NCBI GenBank assembly: GCA_944392815.1
Contig: CALXXY010000004.1
Coordinates: forward strand, 1 to 23,063
Source: an uncultured Alphaproteobacteria bacterium
GTDB taxonomy: Bacteria > Pseudomonadota > Alphaproteobacteria > Rs-D84
DNA: 23,063 nucleotides
Direction of reading: 5' to 3'
Positions 8,384-17,178 of this stretch are shown here, piece after piece; position 1 is the first letter of the stretch, and each line of letters begins with the position of its first letter. The position numbers and the translations under genes are program-made. Below the pieces are notes generated by a model. It searched no databases. It was not told where the DNA came from and was given only the letters and a program-made list of their open reading frames with translations.

Positions 8384-9181
8384 ATGAATAAAATTAATAA
8401 TTTTATGTATATGATTGCGGCAGTGTTTGTGTCGAATCTGGTGTATTTTTTTGGCAATACTGTTGCGCATGCATGGTTCGTAGCAAGTTCGTGCACATAC
8501 GCGTTTTTCCAAACTCGTTCTGTTGGGTCGACTTATTATATTTATGATCGATCCGCTTGCGATTCGTATTGTGATAAGATGTATGGAATTGGTGCCACTG
8601 GCAGATTGAATGTACCCAGTTGTTATTGCTCGACAACTACGGTTGCCACCGGACGTGGGATTTGGGAGTTCGTTGGTATTCCATACGGCACTCGTCTGGA
8701 ATGCGAGGTTGAATATAAACGTAATGCAGATGCCGCAACATTTGCAACGGAAACAATGTATGGTACTGTAAGTTGTGCTGTCGACGCGTACACAGGCAGT
8801 TCCACCGCCATGGCATTTGACGTGAACAAGGGTACATATGATAAAATTATCAGTTCGTGTATAGGGTGCCCCTGTGCCGGTGGCCAGCCCATGTATGAAA
8901 GTTGTTTGGGGTCGCAAAACAGTGCGCCAGGTTCATACATGATGCGTGTCAGCGCAAATCGTGGGGCAACATCTGCGGCCGGTTGTTATGTTGTGGGCAA
9001 TGCATATGACCCCACCGGCCTGTACGAATACACCGACACAGACAAATGTTATTATAAAACTGACACGGGTTTGGTGCCTGGACCTGGAATTACGGTGGGA
9101 CCTGGAATTCCGGTGGGACCAGGAACTGGAACTCCGGGGGGACCGGGTGGTGTCGAGATTGCAAGCTCAATCGTTCCATAA
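8384..9181 (+). CDS. Secreted Cys-rich variable protein, paralog 2 (265 aa, Gly/Pro-rich tail)
   Basis: MNKINNFMYMIAAVFVSNLVY matches the leader of paralogs 1 and 3, and it shares CPC...ESCLGSQNSA...GCY...DPTGLYEYT...CYY. A poly-G RBS lies upstream. Confidence 0.87.
   Translation: MNKINNFMYMIAAVFVSNLVYFFGNTVAHAWFVASSCTYAFFQTRSVGSTYYIYDRSACDSYCDKMYGIGATGRLNVPSCYCSTTTVATGRGIWEFVGIPYGTRLECEVEYKRNADAATFATETMYGTVSCAVDAYTGSSTAMAFDVNKGTYDKIISSCIGCPCAGGQPMYESCLGSQNSAPGSYMMRVSANRGATSAAGCYVVGNAYDPTGLYEYTDTDKCYYKTDTGLVPGPGITVGPGIPVGPGTGTPGGPGGVEIASSIVP
9080..9133 (+). repeat. In-frame 18-bp tandem repeat (GPGITV/GPGIPV/GPGTGT)
   Basis: ggacctggaattacggtg ggacctggaattccggtg ggaccaggaactggaact. Confidence 0.85.
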
Positions 9182-9207
9182 AAAACGGGGCATTGCCCCG
9201 TTTTTTT
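9180..9207. terminator. Intrinsic terminator after paralog 2
   Basis: aaaaacggggca-t-tgccccgttttttt. Confidence 0.85.
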
Positions 9208-9796
9208 AATGACCACCCCGCCGGCATAGCCGGCACCCCTCCGCAGAGGGGAACTTGGCCTTCGTCCCGTCGCGGAACCAGTTCCCCTCCATTGGAGGGG
9301 TGGGCGCAGCCCGGGGTGGTTAGAGATTACAAGAAAGCGCACTTACTCCCCATAACCTGTCATTCCCGCGCCCGGGGCCCAGCACAACAAACACTCTGTC
9401 ATTCCCGCGCAGGCGGGAATAGGGCTGTGGTTGTTAATTAGTTATTTAATTTTGGGAATAATTCTGTGTTGCATTTTTATTTGTCTGAAACCCGCGATAC
9501 GAATTTAATGGACCCTATTCCCGCCTTGTCCACCCCACAAATACATTAGTATTTGCGGGGGCCCCGGGCGCGGGAATGACAGGGGAGAGAGTGCACGAGC
9601 AATAACCAAGCGGAATGCCCACCGCCACACCGGGCCCCGCGCAAACATAGTTTGCGTGGGTGGTTCTGGGGCGGGGGGTGCGGTCGTCAGACCGTCGGGG
9701 GGTGGGGTGCAATGACCACCCCGCCGGCTTATCACCCACGAAAATTGCATTTTCGCGGGGCCCGAAGCGCCGGCACCCCTCCGCAGAGGGGAACTT
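9208..9796. repeat. Mosaic of REP-like palindromic elements (BIME/REPIN-like)
   Basis: ACCACCCCG..CACCCCTCC..GAGGGGAA units at 9208-9256, 9280-9321 (reverse) and 9711-9796. GTCATTCCCGCG..GCGGGAAT units at 9358-9380, 9397-9424 and 9513-9581 (reverse). GGGCCC..CACCC hairpins at 9530-9567, 9632-9663 and 9733-9763. Confidence 0.85.
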
Positions 9797-9811
9797 TGCC
9801 CCGTGTGTGGT

Positions 9812-11116
9812 TTATGCGACCTTTTTCGCGTCGCGCAGTATTTCAACCGGTGGTTTTTTTCCGTCAACCACATCGTGGTCAATTACTATTTCGGCCAAAT
9901 CCGGTTTGTCGGGGGCCGCGAACATTGGTTCCAACAATATGTTTTCCAATATGCTGCGCAGACCACGCGCACCCGTTTTGCGTTCGACCGCACGCCGTGC
10001 AATCGCACGCAGGCCGTCGTCTGTGATTGTTAATTTTACGCCGTCCATTTCCAGCATGGCCGCGTATTGTTTAACTATTGCATTTTTCGGTTCGGTCAGG
10101 ATTTTTACCAATGCGTCTTCGTCCAAATCCTGCAGCGTTGTGACGATTGGTAATCGCCCAACCAATTCAGGAATTATGCCGAATTTCACCAAATCCTGGG
10201 GCTGGACATCGGCCAGGTAATTTTTGGATTCGCGTTCCTGTTTGGATTGGACTGTGGCACCAAAACCTATGCCGGCGCGTTCGTTCGTGCGGGCGCCGAT
10301 GATTTTGTTCAGGCCGTCAAATGCACCGCCACAAATGAACAAGATTTTTGATGTGTCCAATTGAACGGTGGCCTCGCCCGGGTGTTTGCGACCCGCGCCG
10401 CCGGCGGGCACGTTGGCAACGGTGCCCTCGACCAATTTTAATAATGCCTGTTGGACGCCTTCGCCGGAAACGTCGCGTGTTAATGACGGATTTTCGGATT
10501 TGCGGGCGATTTTATCGATTTCGTCGATATAGATAATGCCGCGGCCTGCGCGTTCCACGTCAAAATTCGCGTTTTGCAACAGACGGGTTAAAACACTTTC
10601 CACGTCGTCGCCGACATAGCCGGCCTCGGTCAAAGTGGTGGCGTCTGCGATGGCAAACGGTACGTCCAAAATTCGCGCCAGTGTTTGGGCGAATAATGTT
10701 TTACCCGTGCCGGTCGGGCCAATTAACAACACGTTTGATTTTTGAATTTCAACATTTGTGTTCAGTGCAACGCTGTGGCGTTTGTAATGATTGTATACCG
10801 CCACCGACAATGTGCGTTTGGCGTTGTCCTGGCCCACGATGTATTCGTTCAGGAAATCATAAATCTGGCGCGGTGTGGGCAGTTTTGCTGTGTCGCGGCC
10901 AACCTCGGCCCGCAGGTCGTCGGCCATTATGTCGTTGCACAGGTTAATACATTCGTCGCAAATGCAAACATTGCGACCACTGACCAGTTTTTTTACTTCG
11001 TATACAGCTTTGCCACAGAAACTGCAGAATTGGGGCGGATTATTATTGTCCGCCGCTGTATTCGTTGTGTCGCCATTGGATTTAATTTTATCGTCACTCA
11101 TGTCCATGTCCCCCAC
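9812..11116 (-). CDS. clpX: ATP-dependent Clp protease ATPase subunit ClpX (start may be 11107 or 11101)
   Basis: FCSFCGK...ICDECINLC zinc domain, [19 protein letters not shown] loop, GIGFGA loop. Confidence 0.98.
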   Translation of the reverse strand: MGDMDMSDDKIKSNGDTTNTAADNNNPPQFCSFCGKAVYEVKKLVSGRNVCICDECINLCNDIMADDLRAEVGRDTAKLPTPRQIYDFLNEYIVGQDNAKRTLSVAVYNHYKRHSVALNTNVEIQKSNVLLIGPTGTGKTLFAQTLARILDVPFAIADATTLTEAGYVGDDVESVLTRLLQNANFDVERAGRGIIYIDEIDKIARKSENPSLTRDVSGEGVQQALLKLVEGTVANVPAGGAGRKHPGEATVQLDTSKILFICGGAFDGLNKIIGARTNERAGIGFGATVQSKQERESKNYLADVQPQDLVKFGIIPELVGRLPIVTTLQDLDEDALVKILTEPKNAIVKQYAAMLEMDGVKLTITDDGLRAIARRAVERKTGARGLRSILENILLEPMFAAPDKPDLAEIVIDHDVVDGKKPPVEILRDAKKVA

Positions 11117-11127
11117 ATCAGCGATTT

Positions 11128-11709
11128 TTATTTGCGTTTTAATACACCATCAATCAGACCGAAATCTTTGGCCTCGTCCGGGGTCATCCAATTGTCGCGT
11201 TCCATGGCGTCGAACAATTCTTTTTCTTTGCGTCCGGTGAATTCGGCCATTTGTTTGATTAATGTTTTTTTATTTTTTTGGTACTGGGTCATGCGAATTT
11301 CCATGTCGGTGATTTGACCCTCGGCCCCGGCCAGTGGTTGGTGTATCATGATTTGCGTGTTGGGCAATACAAAGCGTTTGCCGTGTTCGCCCGCCGCCAA
11401 TAACACAGAACCCATTGACGCAACCAGTCCCATACCAATTGTGGAAACCGGTGATTTAATATATTGCATGGTGTCCATAATCGCCCAGCCGGCGGAAACG
11501 TCGCCACCCGGGGAATTTATGTACAACGAAATTTCTGCGTTTGGATTTTCTGATTCCAAAAACAACAGTTGCGCAACAACTGTGTTGGCCATGCCGGGTT
11601 CAATTTGTCCGTTAATCATTACGATACGATCGCGCAGCAGGCGCGAATATATGTCAAAGGAACGTTCCCCGCGGGGTGATTCCTCGATAACCATTGGTAT
11701 TAATGCCAT
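11128..11709 (-). CDS. clpP: Clp protease proteolytic subunit ClpP
   Basis: [47 protein letters not shown]. Confidence 0.98.
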   Translation of the reverse strand: MALIPMVIEESPRGERSFDIYSRLLRDRIVMINGQIEPGMANTVVAQLLFLESENPNAEISLYINSPGGDVSAGWAIMDTMQYIKSPVSTIGMGLVASMGSVLLAAGEHGKRFVLPNTQIMIHQPLAGAEGQITDMEIRMTQYQKNKKTLIKQMAEFTGRKEKELFDAMERDNWMTPDEAKDFGLIDGVLKRK

Positions 11710-11778
11710 ATTACTAAATCCCTTGTTTTTCAAATGAAACTATATCATACAAAAACCCGATTCGCGAATTTATCATAT

Positions 11779-11806
11779 ATATAGTGCGCGGCATGCAAAA
11801 TGCAAG
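11779..11806 (-). promoter_or_regulatory. Putative clpPX promoter (alphaproteobacterial CTTG..CTATAT type, possibly RpoH)
   Basis: Minus strand CTTGCA-N16-CTATAT, the same layout as upstream of clpB. Confidence 0.5.
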
Positions 11807-11840
11807 GCGAAGTTAAATAGGGGGCAGGAACAAAGAGTAA

Positions 11841-11869
11841 ATAAAAAACGTCTCAAAAAGAGACGTTTT
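11841..11869 (-). terminator. Terminator after rpmB-tRNA-Leu
   Basis: aaaaaacgtctc-aaaaa-gagacgttttt. Confidence 0.85.
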
Positions 11870-11878
11870 TATCTAATC

Positions 11879-11963
11879 TGGTGGCCCTGGTCGGACTCGA
11901 ACCGACACTCCTTGCAGAACTTGATTTTGAGTCAAGCGCGTCTACCAATTCCGCCACGGGGCC
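11879..11963 (-). tRNA. tRNA-Leu(CAA)
   Basis: GGCCCCGTGGCGGAATTGGTAGACGCG-CTTGA-CTCAAAA-TCAAG, long variable arm, GTTCGAGTC, encoded CCA. Confidence 0.97.
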
Positions 11964-11981
11964 AAAAGGCAGCACAACAAA

Positions 11982-12356
11982 TTATTTTGTTGCGGCTGTA
12001 CGGGCAGCAACCTTTTTCACCAGGCGCGCACTGCGATTTGCCTTGTGCACTGGTTTTTTGGCTGGTTTTTCAACTTTGCCCAATTTTTTATTAATCGCTT
12101 TTTTAATTGCGGCCATTTCCGGCGTTAAACGGGACGGTGATTTTGACATCACATATGCGTCCAGACCACCATGTTTGGTCAATGTGCGCAGCCCGGCCGT
12201 CGAAATACGCAACGAAAAATCGCGATTCAAAACATCGCTGTGAAACTTTAATTTTTGCAAATTCGGCAGAAAAGTACGCTTTGTATGACGTTCCGAATGG
12301 GATACGTTCATTCCAACCATTGTCTTTTTGCCGGTCACTTTACATACACGTGGCAT
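11982..12356 (-). CDS. rpmB: 50S ribosomal protein L28 with a Lys/Ala-rich C-terminal extension
   Basis: MPRVCKVTGKKTMVGMNVSHSERHTKRTFLPNLQ...HGGLDAY, with an AAGGA RBS before 12356. Confidence 0.95.
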   Translation of the reverse strand: MPRVCKVTGKKTMVGMNVSHSERHTKRTFLPNLQKLKFHSDVLNRDFSLRISTAGLRTLTKHGGLDAYVMSKSPSRLTPEMAAIKKAINKKLGKVEKPAKKPVHKANRSARLVKKVAARTAATK

Positions 12357-12513
12357 TTCTAATCCTTTGATAACTGGGGCATAATCTATAATAAAAATCC
12401 GCAAAAGTCAAGGATTGTTTTATTATTTTTTATGCCGCGCAACCCGCGAATTATATCATAAATATTTTTAAAAGTCCAGTTAGATATAAAAATCAATGTT
12501 TTGATTCCTGTAC

Positions 12514-12541
12514 CTTGAAAAACGTCAAAGTGCTACTATAT
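12514..12541 (+). promoter_or_regulatory. Putative clpB promoter (possibly RpoH)
   Basis: CTTGAA-N16-CTATAT. Confidence 0.55.
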
Positions 12542-12571
12542 ATAGGAAAAATACAAAGGAGATTTTAACAC

Positions 12572-14629
12572 ATGAATCCAGAAGAAATGCAAGAAACGCC
12601 CGACCAGGCGATTGCTAAATACACGACGGATTTTACAAAATTGGCGGCAGATGGGAAATTGGATCCTGTGATTGGGCGTGACGAAGAAATTCGGCGCACT
12701 ATCCAGGTTCTGTCCCGGCGCACTAAAAATAATCCGGTGTTGATTGGTAATCCAGGTGTCGGAAAAACCGCAATAGTCGAGGGGTTGGCTGAACGCATTG
12801 TATCCCGCGACGTGCCAGAAAATTTGTTGAATAAAAAATTGCTGTCGTTGGATATGGGCGCGCTGATGGCGGGTGCCATGTTCCGTGGTCAATTCGAAGG
12901 CCGGTTCAAAGCCATATTAAAAGCGGTCAAGGATTCTGATGGACAAATTATTTTGTTCATTGATGAATTACATACCCTGGTGGGGGCCGGCAAAGGCGAA
13001 GGTTCCATGGACGCGGGCAATTTGATAAAGCCAATGTTGGCGCGTGGCGAATTGCACTGTTTGGGGGCGACAACGCTGGACGAATATCGGCAATACATTG
13101 AAAAAGACCCTGCGTTGGCGCGACGTTTCCAGCCCGTCTATGTTGACGAACCGACGGTTGACGATACTATTTCGATTTTGCGCGGGTTAAAGGAAAAATA
13201 CGAAGGTCACCATGGGGTGCGTATTTCTGATGCGGCGTTGGTGGCCGCGGTGCGTTTGTCCAATCGGTATATCACAGACAGGTTTTTGCCGGACAAGGCG
13301 ATTGACCTGATTGACGAAGCCGCCGCGCGCGTGCGTATCGAAATTGCGTCCAAGCCCGACAAATTGGACGAGGTTGATCGTCATTTAATGCAATTGAAAA
13401 TAGAACAACAGGCGCTGAGAAAGGAAAAAGACGAGGATTCCAAAAAACGTCTGGCTGAATTAGACGGCATAATTCGTGAAACAGAAGAAGAATCCAAAAA
13501 ACTGACCGCACAATGGCGGGCCGAGCAGGATAAAATGCGCGCGCTGTCCGATGCGATGGCCGCGCTGGACGCTGCCAAGGCCGAAGTGGCGACCGCTATG
13601 CGCAATGGTGATTATGAAAAAGCGTCCGCGTTGCAATATGGAAAAATTCCAGAACTGGAACAGCAAATCAGCAAAATGAATGCAGATGCACGGGAATATA
13701 AAACTGTGTTGCCTGAACATATTGCGGCGGTTGTCAGCAAATGGACCGGGGTGCCGGCTGATAAATTAAGCATGGAAGAACAATCCAAGTTGCTGAATAT
13801 AGAAGACGAGTTGCGTAAACGTGTCGTGGGCCAGGATCATGCGTTGTCTGTGGTGGCGCGTGCAATTCGACGCAGCCGGGCGGGGCTGTCTGATCCGCAC
13901 AGACCGTCGGGCAGTTTTATGTTCCTGGGGCCGACCGGCGTCGGAAAAACCGAGGTCGCCAAAGCGTTGGCAGAATATCTGTTTAACGATGAAACGGCGA
14001 TGACCCGGATTGATATGAGTGAATATATGGAACCGCATTCGGTGTCGCGCCTGATTGGCAGTCCCCCGGGATATGTCGGATATGAACAGGGTGGGGTGCT
14101 GACCGAAAGTGTGCGGCGCCGCCCGTATCAGGTGTTGTTGTTCGACGAAATTGAAAAGGCCAATCCTGATGTGTTTAATGTGTTCCTGCAGATACTGGAC
14201 GATGGACGTTTGACCGATGGCCAGGGGCATGTGGTGAACTTTACAAACACTATCATCATAATGACCAGCAATTTGCCGGATATGGACGCGGTGAAAAAAC
14301 AATTCCGTCCTGAATTTATTAACCGTATTGACGAAATTGTGTTCTTTAACCCGTTGGGCAAAGATGTCATGGCCGGTATTGTGAAAATCCAGTTGCGCAA
14401 CCTGGAAAATCGATTGGCAGAACGTCGGATTTCGCTGAATGTGTCCGATAAAGCCATTAAATGGTTGGGCGACAATGGGTATGACCCTGTGTTTGGGGCG
14501 CGACCGTTGAAACGTTTAATTACGTCCGCGGTCGAGGATAAAATAGCCGACCTGATTTTGTCCGGTACCGTGGGCGAGGGCAGCACAGTAGTTGTCGACG
14601 TTCATGGCAAAGAATTGACGGTGCAGTAA
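12572..14629 (+). CDS. clpB: ClpB disaggregase lacking the N-terminal domain
   Basis: [30 protein letters not shown], coiled-coil M domain ([10 protein letters not shown]), [21 protein letters not shown]. Confidence 0.93.
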   Translation: MNPEEMQETPDQAIAKYTTDFTKLAADGKLDPVIGRDEEIRRTIQVLSRRTKNNPVLIGNPGVGKTAIVEGLAERIVSRDVPENLLNKKLLSLDMGALMAGAMFRGQFEGRFKAILKAVKDSDGQIILFIDELHTLVGAGKGEGSMDAGNLIKPMLARGELHCLGATTLDEYRQYIEKDPALARRFQPVYVDEPTVDDTISILRGLKEKYEGHHGVRISDAALVAAVRLSNRYITDRFLPDKAIDLIDEAAARVRIEIASKPDKLDEVDRHLMQLKIEQQALRKEKDEDSKKRLAELDGIIRETEEESKKLTAQWRAEQDKMRALSDAMAALDAAKAEVATAMRNGDYEKASALQYGKIPELEQQISKMNADAREYKTVLPEHIAAVVSKWTGVPADKLSMEEQSKLLNIEDELRKRVVGQDHALSVVARAIRRSRAGLSDPHRPSGSFMFLGPTGVGKTEVAKALAEYLFNDETAMTRIDMSEYMEPHSVSRLIGSPPGYVGYEQGGVLTESVRRRPYQVLLFDEIEKANPDVFNVFLQILDDGRLTDGQGHVVNFTNTIIIMTSNLPDMDAVKKQFRPEFINRIDEIVFFNPLGKDVMAGIVKIQLRNLENRLAERRISLNVSDKAIKWLGDNGYDPVFGARPLKRLITSAVEDKIADLILSGTVGEGSTVVVDVHGKELTVQ

Positions 14630-14653
14630 AAACGGGGCGTTGCCCCGTTTTTT
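14628..14653 (+). terminator. clpB terminator
   Basis: aaaacggggc-gtt-gccccgtttttt. Confidence 0.85.
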
Positions 14654-14819
14654 ATTATTCCCGCGTGTGCGCGGGAATAATAGAGTGAAGAGTGTAGAGT
14701 TTAGAGTGTAGATGTTGTCCGCGGGCGAACGCCCGCACTTCCTTGTCATTCCCGCGTAGGCGGGAATGACAGAGTGTTTGTTGTGCGGGGGGCGAAGCCC
14801 GGGGTGATAGCCCCGCACA
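14653..14819. repeat. REP-like cluster with a heptamer tandem repeat
   Basis: Palindrome tattattcccgcg..cgcgggaataata at 14653-14682, (tagagtg)-like x4 at 14681-14712, and gtcattcccgcgtaggcgggaatgacagagtgtttgttgtgc at 14745-14786, whose reverse complement matches 9382-9420. Confidence 0.8.
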
Positions 14820-14880
14820 TTCCGTGGCGGTTGAATTCAATGCCACGCATTTGGTGACGGCGGTGGCGGATTGTATGATG
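14810..14880 (-). pseudogene. Remnant of an AVTKCVALNS-family Cys-rich gene
   Basis: Reads IIQSATAVTKCVALNSTATECAG. The 23-mer aatgccacgcatttggtgacggc is identical to 178-200. No start codon or signal N-terminus is present, and the frame runs into a REP. Confidence 0.7.
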
Positions 14881-14882
14881 GA

Positions 14883-16697
14883 TTATTTTTTGTGCGCGCG
14901 TTTGTCCGTTTTAAATTGAATATCACGCAATTTTTTATATTCGCCGTCCAACGCAACCAATTCGGCATCAGTTCCCTGTTCGACGATGTGGCCGTCTTTG
15001 ATAACGCAAATGATATCTGCGTCCAGAATGGTTGACAATCGGTGCGCAATTACGAATGTGGTACGACCAACCATCAAATCATTTAACGCCGATTGAATTA
15101 ATTTTTCACTTTGCGTGTCCAGGGCGGATGTGGCCTCGTCCAGCAGCAAAATGGGGGCGTCTTTTAATATAGCGCGCGCGATTGCAATGCGCTGTTTTTG
15201 ACCGCCCGACAGCAGGGCGCCACCTTCGCCAACTTTGGATTTATATTTGCGTGGGAACGACATAATAAAATCGTGTGCGTTTGCCGCGCGCGCCGCCGCC
15301 TGGATTTGTTCGGGGGTGGCGTTCGGATTGCCGTATTTAATATTATCCTCGATAGTGCCGTTGAACAAGAACACGTCCTGGGATACTTCGGCTATGTTTT
15401 GACGCAGGGAATGCAATGTGAATTTTTTTATGTCGGTATTATTTATTTCTATTTTCCCATGTTGGGGTTCATAAAAACGTTCAATCAAATTGAACATCGT
15501 TGTTTTACCACCACCGGACGGTCCAACCAATGCGCATACTTTGCCGGCCGGCACGTTCAGGTTTATGTCGTGCAATACCGGTTCGCCCGGAATATATTCA
15601 AATGATACGTGATTGAATTTAACCGACATATTGCCAGGTTTTAATTCACGCGCGTCTGGGGCGTCCTGGATATCTGGTTTGCTGTCCAGGAAATTAAACA
15701 GAACCTCGGCGGCGAGTAAACCGTGCTGTACCGTGTTGCCGGTGTTGGTGATGGCCTTGGCCGGTTTATATGCCGCGGTCAGTGCCAGCAGAAATGCCGT
15801 GAAATCACCGGTGGAAATCGCGCCAGTCACAATAAAGTGCCCGCCGATAATCAGTGCCATGCACAGCCCAATCGATATCATTAATTCCAACAATGGCGAT
15901 TGCAGGGCGAATGCCTGGGTGCCTTTGTATGAATTTATCATGGACGAATTCAAAACGCGGGCGAATTTTTCTGTTTCGGAATCCTCGTTCGCGAATGCCT
16001 GGATAGTTTTAATTCCATGCAGGGTTTGGTTTAAATGTTGGGACACGTCGTTTGCAATGCCAAAAGATTCGCGTGATAATTTGCGGCGTTTGCGCATAAT
16101 CAACACCATTGGAATCATGATTGCCGGCACCAGGAACAGCAACACCGCGCACATTTGTGGTGCATAGTACACCATTAATCCCAATGTCATAATCAGTGTT
16201 GCGATTTGCTGGACTGTGTTGATTAACGTGCCCGTCACCAGGTTTAATACCGCGCCCGCCTGGACCGAAAAATAGTTCAAATGTTTGCCAATTCCATCGC
16301 CGTAAAATTTGGAAATGTTCATTTTTACCATGTGGCGATAGATTTTTTTCTGTAAATCGGCACTGGCGTTCAGGCCGGCTTTGGACATAATCAGGGATTT
16401 TGCATAGTTAAATGCGCCCTTGAATCCAAAGGCCGCGATGATTTGCAACCCAAACAGGTAAATGTGCGTCATACTTTTTTGTATAAACGCGTTATCAACA
16501 ACCTGTTGCACCAGGGTGATGGTGTATGCCTCGGCCCCGGCGGCCAGAACCGTCGTGATTACGCCGGTCACCAACCATTTCCATTGCGGTTTGCCGATTT
16601 CGCGCCATACGCGCCCGTACAGTGACCATTTTATGCGGCCGTTGTTTTCGTCGCCGTGGATAAGTTTTTTAATGCTTTTCTTTAATTTTTTAAACAT
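14883..16697 (-). CDS. msbA: ABC exporter with fused TMD-NBD, MsbA-like lipid A flippase
   Basis: About six TM segments, GPSGGGKT, VSQDVFLF, LSGGQKQR, LLLDEATSALD, IAHRLST. Confidence 0.8.
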   Translation of the reverse strand: MFKKLKKSIKKLIHGDENNGRIKWSLYGRVWREIGKPQWKWLVTGVITTVLAAGAEAYTITLVQQVVDNAFIQKSMTHIYLFGLQIIAAFGFKGAFNYAKSLIMSKAGLNASADLQKKIYRHMVKMNISKFYGDGIGKHLNYFSVQAGAVLNLVTGTLINTVQQIATLIMTLGLMVYYAPQMCAVLLFLVPAIMIPMVLIMRKRRKLSRESFGIANDVSQHLNQTLHGIKTIQAFANEDSETEKFARVLNSSMINSYKGTQAFALQSPLLELMISIGLCMALIIGGHFIVTGAISTGDFTAFLLALTAAYKPAKAITNTGNTVQHGLLAAEVLFNFLDSKPDIQDAPDARELKPGNMSVKFNHVSFEYIPGEPVLHDINLNVPAGKVCALVGPSGGGKTTMFNLIERFYEPQHGKIEINNTDIKKFTLHSLRQNIAEVSQDVFLFNGTIEDNIKYGNPNATPEQIQAAARAANAHDFIMSFPRKYKSKVGEGGALLSGGQKQRIAIARAILKDAPILLLDEATSALDTQSEKLIQSALNDLMVGRTTFVIAHRLSTILDADIICVIKDGHIVEQGTDAELVALDGEYKKLRDIQFKTDKRAHKK

Positions 16698-16769
16698 AAC
16701 GCCCTATTATAGGATTTGCGGGGAAATCTGTCCAGTGAAAGATTTTGATCACAATTTTTCATTTTTAAT

Positions 16770-16798
16770 TTGACAATATTGACAAAACTGTATAAAAT
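16770..16798 (+). promoter_or_regulatory. sigma70 promoter for tRNA-Ala/rpsU
   Basis: TTGACA-N17-TAAAAT. Confidence 0.75.
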
Positions 16799-16815
16799 CA
16801 GGGGGCTTTGTTTAT

Positions 16816-16891
16816 GGGGTTGTAGCTCAGTTGGTAGAGCACCTGCTTTGCAAGCAGGGGGTCGTCGGTTCGAGTCCGATCAGCTCCACCA
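16816..16891 (+). tRNA. tRNA-Ala(TGC)
   Basis: GGGGTTGTAGCTCAGTTGGTAGAGCA-CCTGC-TTTGCAA-GCAGG...GTTCGAGTC...CTCCACCA, with the G3:U70 identity pair. Confidence 0.98.
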
Positions 16892-16936
16892 GGAAATTAT
16901 TAACAAAATAAATGCGCCAAAGGGGGTGAAGTACAT

Positions 16937-17143
16937 ATGGTAAAAGTTCTGGTTCGCGATAATAACGTCGAACAGGCACTGCGCGTTGCAAAACGTAAAT
17001 CACAGAAAGAGGGCCTGTACCGCGAAATGAAAGAACGCCAGCGTTATGAAAAACCAACCACTAAGCGCAAGCGTTTAAAAGAAGAAGCCGTGCGTAATGA
17101 AAAAAAACGTCAATCAAAACAACGTATGGTTTTCGGATTCTGA
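16937..17143 (+). CDS. rpsU: 30S ribosomal protein S21
   Basis: [38 protein letters not shown]. Confidence 0.96.
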   Translation: MVKVLVRDNNVEQALRVAKRKSQKEGLYREMKERQRYEKPTTKRKRLKEEAVRNEKKRQSKQRMVFGF

Positions 17144-17145
17144 AT

Positions 17146-17175
17146 AAAAAAACACCGCCATCTGGCGGTGTTTTT
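17146..17175. terminator. Bidirectional terminator between rpsU and paralog 3
   Basis: aaaaacaccgcca-tc-tggcggtgttttt. Confidence 0.9.
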
Positions 17176-17178
17176 GTT

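Noticed and set aside
9208-9796. CRISPR array, or coding ORFs (9193..9441, 9505..9882, 9652..10026)
   Set aside because: The repeats are of mixed families and orientations with irregular spacing, and no cas genes are present. The ORFs are translations of GC-rich palindromes.
11879-11963. C:A mismatch at pair 6 of the tRNA-Leu acceptor stem as a sign of pseudogenisation
   Set aside because: Single mismatches are tolerated, and the other arms, the CCA end and the terminator are intact.
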